NCBI GenBank assembly: GCA_004193555.1
Contig: RPGP01000040.1
Coordinates: 65,127 to 129,126 of the forward strand
Reading direction: 5' to 3'
Length of the DNA stretch: 64,000 nucleotides
From: Desulfobacteraceae bacterium Eth-SRB1
Lineage (GTDB): Bacteria; Desulfobacterota; Desulfobacteria; Desulfobacterales; ETH-SRB1
Shown here: positions 62,885-64,000 of the stretch, piece after piece
Position numbering within the stretch: the first letter of the stretch is position 1
How the letters are laid out: every line of letters starts with the position of its first letter
Notes under the pieces: model-generated
What the model was told of the DNA's origin: nothing
The model's database searches: none
What the model saw: only the letters and a program-made list of their open reading frames with translations
Made by a program: the position numbers and the translations under genes

Positions 62885-64000
62885 TTAAAAATAGCGGGCC
62901 GGAATCTGCATAATATTATCGGCCAGGAATTCAATTTTGTCTGAGTTATTCACCAATATCCCTAAAGGAGCATCAGTATCCTTTAAAAAGTTCTTCAATG
63001 CCGTCAGCATACCTTTTTTAATTTTATGACCCAGTTTGATCTCAATTGGAATAACGCCAAAAGGAGCATCTATAATAAGATCTATTTCTGATTTATCCCT
63101 GGTTCTATAAAAACAAAAATCGATTCCCGCGGTTAAGGTACACTGAAACCCTCTTATAATTTCCTCTGCAACAAAAGATTCAAACGAAAAACCGGCCACA
63201 GGGTGAATCAGCAAATTATCAAGACTATTAATTTTTAAAAGGTGGTGCAGTATCCCCTGATCACGGAAAAAACCTTTGGGCATCTTCTGCACCTTCTTTA
63301 ATTTATTTTTCTCATAACTTCTCAGATTGCGCCATATAAATGTATTGTGAATTATCTCCAGATACCCTTTTGAAGTAACGGAACTGACTTCCAGGGCCCT
63401 GGCTATGTCTGACTGATTAATAATTTTGCCGGAGTGAAAGGACAGAGCCTGGATGAAAAGACGAAAATTATGAGGGTTGATTCCGGGGAAAAGGCGTTGA
63501 ATATCTCTCCTGATGTAATCCGAAAAATATTCATCCATCCACAGACCGTAAAACTCCGGAGCATCACGGCCTTTTATCCTGGGCTCCGGGTAACCGCCTA
63601 ACTGCCAATGGTCGTATATCTGCCTGACATCCAACTCTGACTTTAGATTTGAAATCCGGTCTGAATCCGGTTTATCCTGAGAAAGCAGGGAATAAATTTG
63701 AGGAAGAGGTTTGTCATAAAACTCCGCTGCCTTAAAGGGCCAGAGTTCAACAGTCGCAATTCGCCCGGCCATACTTTCGGACAACCCTTTGACTATATCG
63801 GGAGAACTTGATCCTGTGAGCAGAAACCTGCCGACTGCTTCTCTGTCCCGATCGATGACACCTCTTAATACTTTGAATAATTCCGGGTATTGCTGGGCCT
63901 CATCAATAATTGTTTTTTCACTTTGCCTGCCAAAAAACCCTAATGGATCGCTCGTTATCAGTTGATAGTCATCCGGTCGTTCCAGATCATAGTATTTCCA
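62885..64000 (-). CDS. DUF4143 AAA+ ATPase (5' end beyond window)
   Basis: The frame is open to position 64000: ...IIDEAQQYPELFKVLRGVIDRD..RFLLTGSSSPDIVKGLSESMAGRIATVELWPF... The TTG at 63784 in the ORF track is internal. Confidence 0.8.
   Translation of the reverse strand, partial: WKYYDLERPDDYQLITSDPLGFFGRQSEKTIIDEAQQYPELFKVLRGVIDRDREAVGRFLLTGSSSPDIVKGLSESMAGRIATVELWPFKAAEFYDKPLPQIYSLLSQDKPDSDRISNLKSELDVRQIYDHWQLGGYPEPRIKGRDAPEFYGLWMDEYFSDYIRRDIQRLFPGINPHNFRLFIQALSFHSGKIINQSDIARALEVSSVTSKGYLEIIHNTFIWRNLRSYEKNKLKKVQKMPKGFFRDQGILHHLLKINSLDNLLIHPVAGFSFESFVAEEIIRGFQCTLTAGIDFCFYRTRDKSEIDLIIDAPFGVIPIEIKLGHKIKKGMLTALKNFLKDTDAPLGILVNNSDKIEFLADNIMQIPARYF

Noticed and set aside
1-64000. tRNA, rRNA, tmRNA, RNase P or SRP RNA genes.
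   Set aside because: No GGTTCGAATCC-type T-arm, no GAGGAAAGTCCGGGC RNase P core and no rRNA-like stretches were seen in any of the larger gaps. This was a visual scan only.

Overview
This 64 kb chromosomal window is densely coding and has no rRNA, tRNA or CRISPR array. The gene content points to an anaerobic Desulfobacterota (Desulfobacterales-like) organism; this is an inference only, since no search was run. The supporting content is a Wood-Ljungdahl operon (fhs-folD-acsD-acsB-acsC-acsE), many sigma54/two-component genes and a cobamide salvage operon.

Gene order, left to right:
- an HD-domain gene fragment at the window edge
- arsR, a permease and a thioredoxin-like gene
- a trio of ECF sigma factor, membrane partner and small secreted protein
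- prfB, with the classical +1 frameshift
- lnt, cinA, rlmD and trmO
- a roughly 4.3 kb accessory patch (11.1-15.4 kb): an IS110-family element with an in-frame stop, an orphan cassette-like ORF, an internally deleted integron-integrase remnant, a CI/LexA-like S24 repressor and an AAA-ATPase fragment
- btuF-btuC-btuD-cobS plus a cbiR-like gene
- dacB, folE2, ttcA, rpoZ, greA, asd, leuB, pssA-psd, tsaB, lon and pilD
- a response regulator fused to a metallo-beta-lactamase (MBL) domain
- the Wood-Ljungdahl operon
- a PHP phosphatase, a DUF151 nuclease, miaB and recJ
- a sigma54-type signalling and transport cluster: an atypical PEP-utilising enzyme, response regulators, a USP-like protein, an SLC13 permease, a cytidylate-kinase-like protein, a histidine kinase and an NtrC-type activator
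- a decayed capD, a DUF218 gene and a partial DUF4143 ATPase

The most unusual feature is not a gene. Almost every intergenic gap is filled with mosaic palindromic elements whose arms are tandem 7-9 nt words, such as GGTGTTA, TTCGATG/TTGGACG, CTACTGC, CTTGAAA and GCCTAAAGT. These elements nest inside one another, sit inside operons and supply stop codons or C-terminal tails to several housekeeping genes.

Second-tier leads:
- a divergent pair of sigma54-like promoters with five copies of a TTTCA-N3-TGAAACA palindrome
- a degenerate integron next to the IS110 element
- a 37-nt leader motif shared by two secreted-protein genes
- a 39-nt unit present four times at near identity
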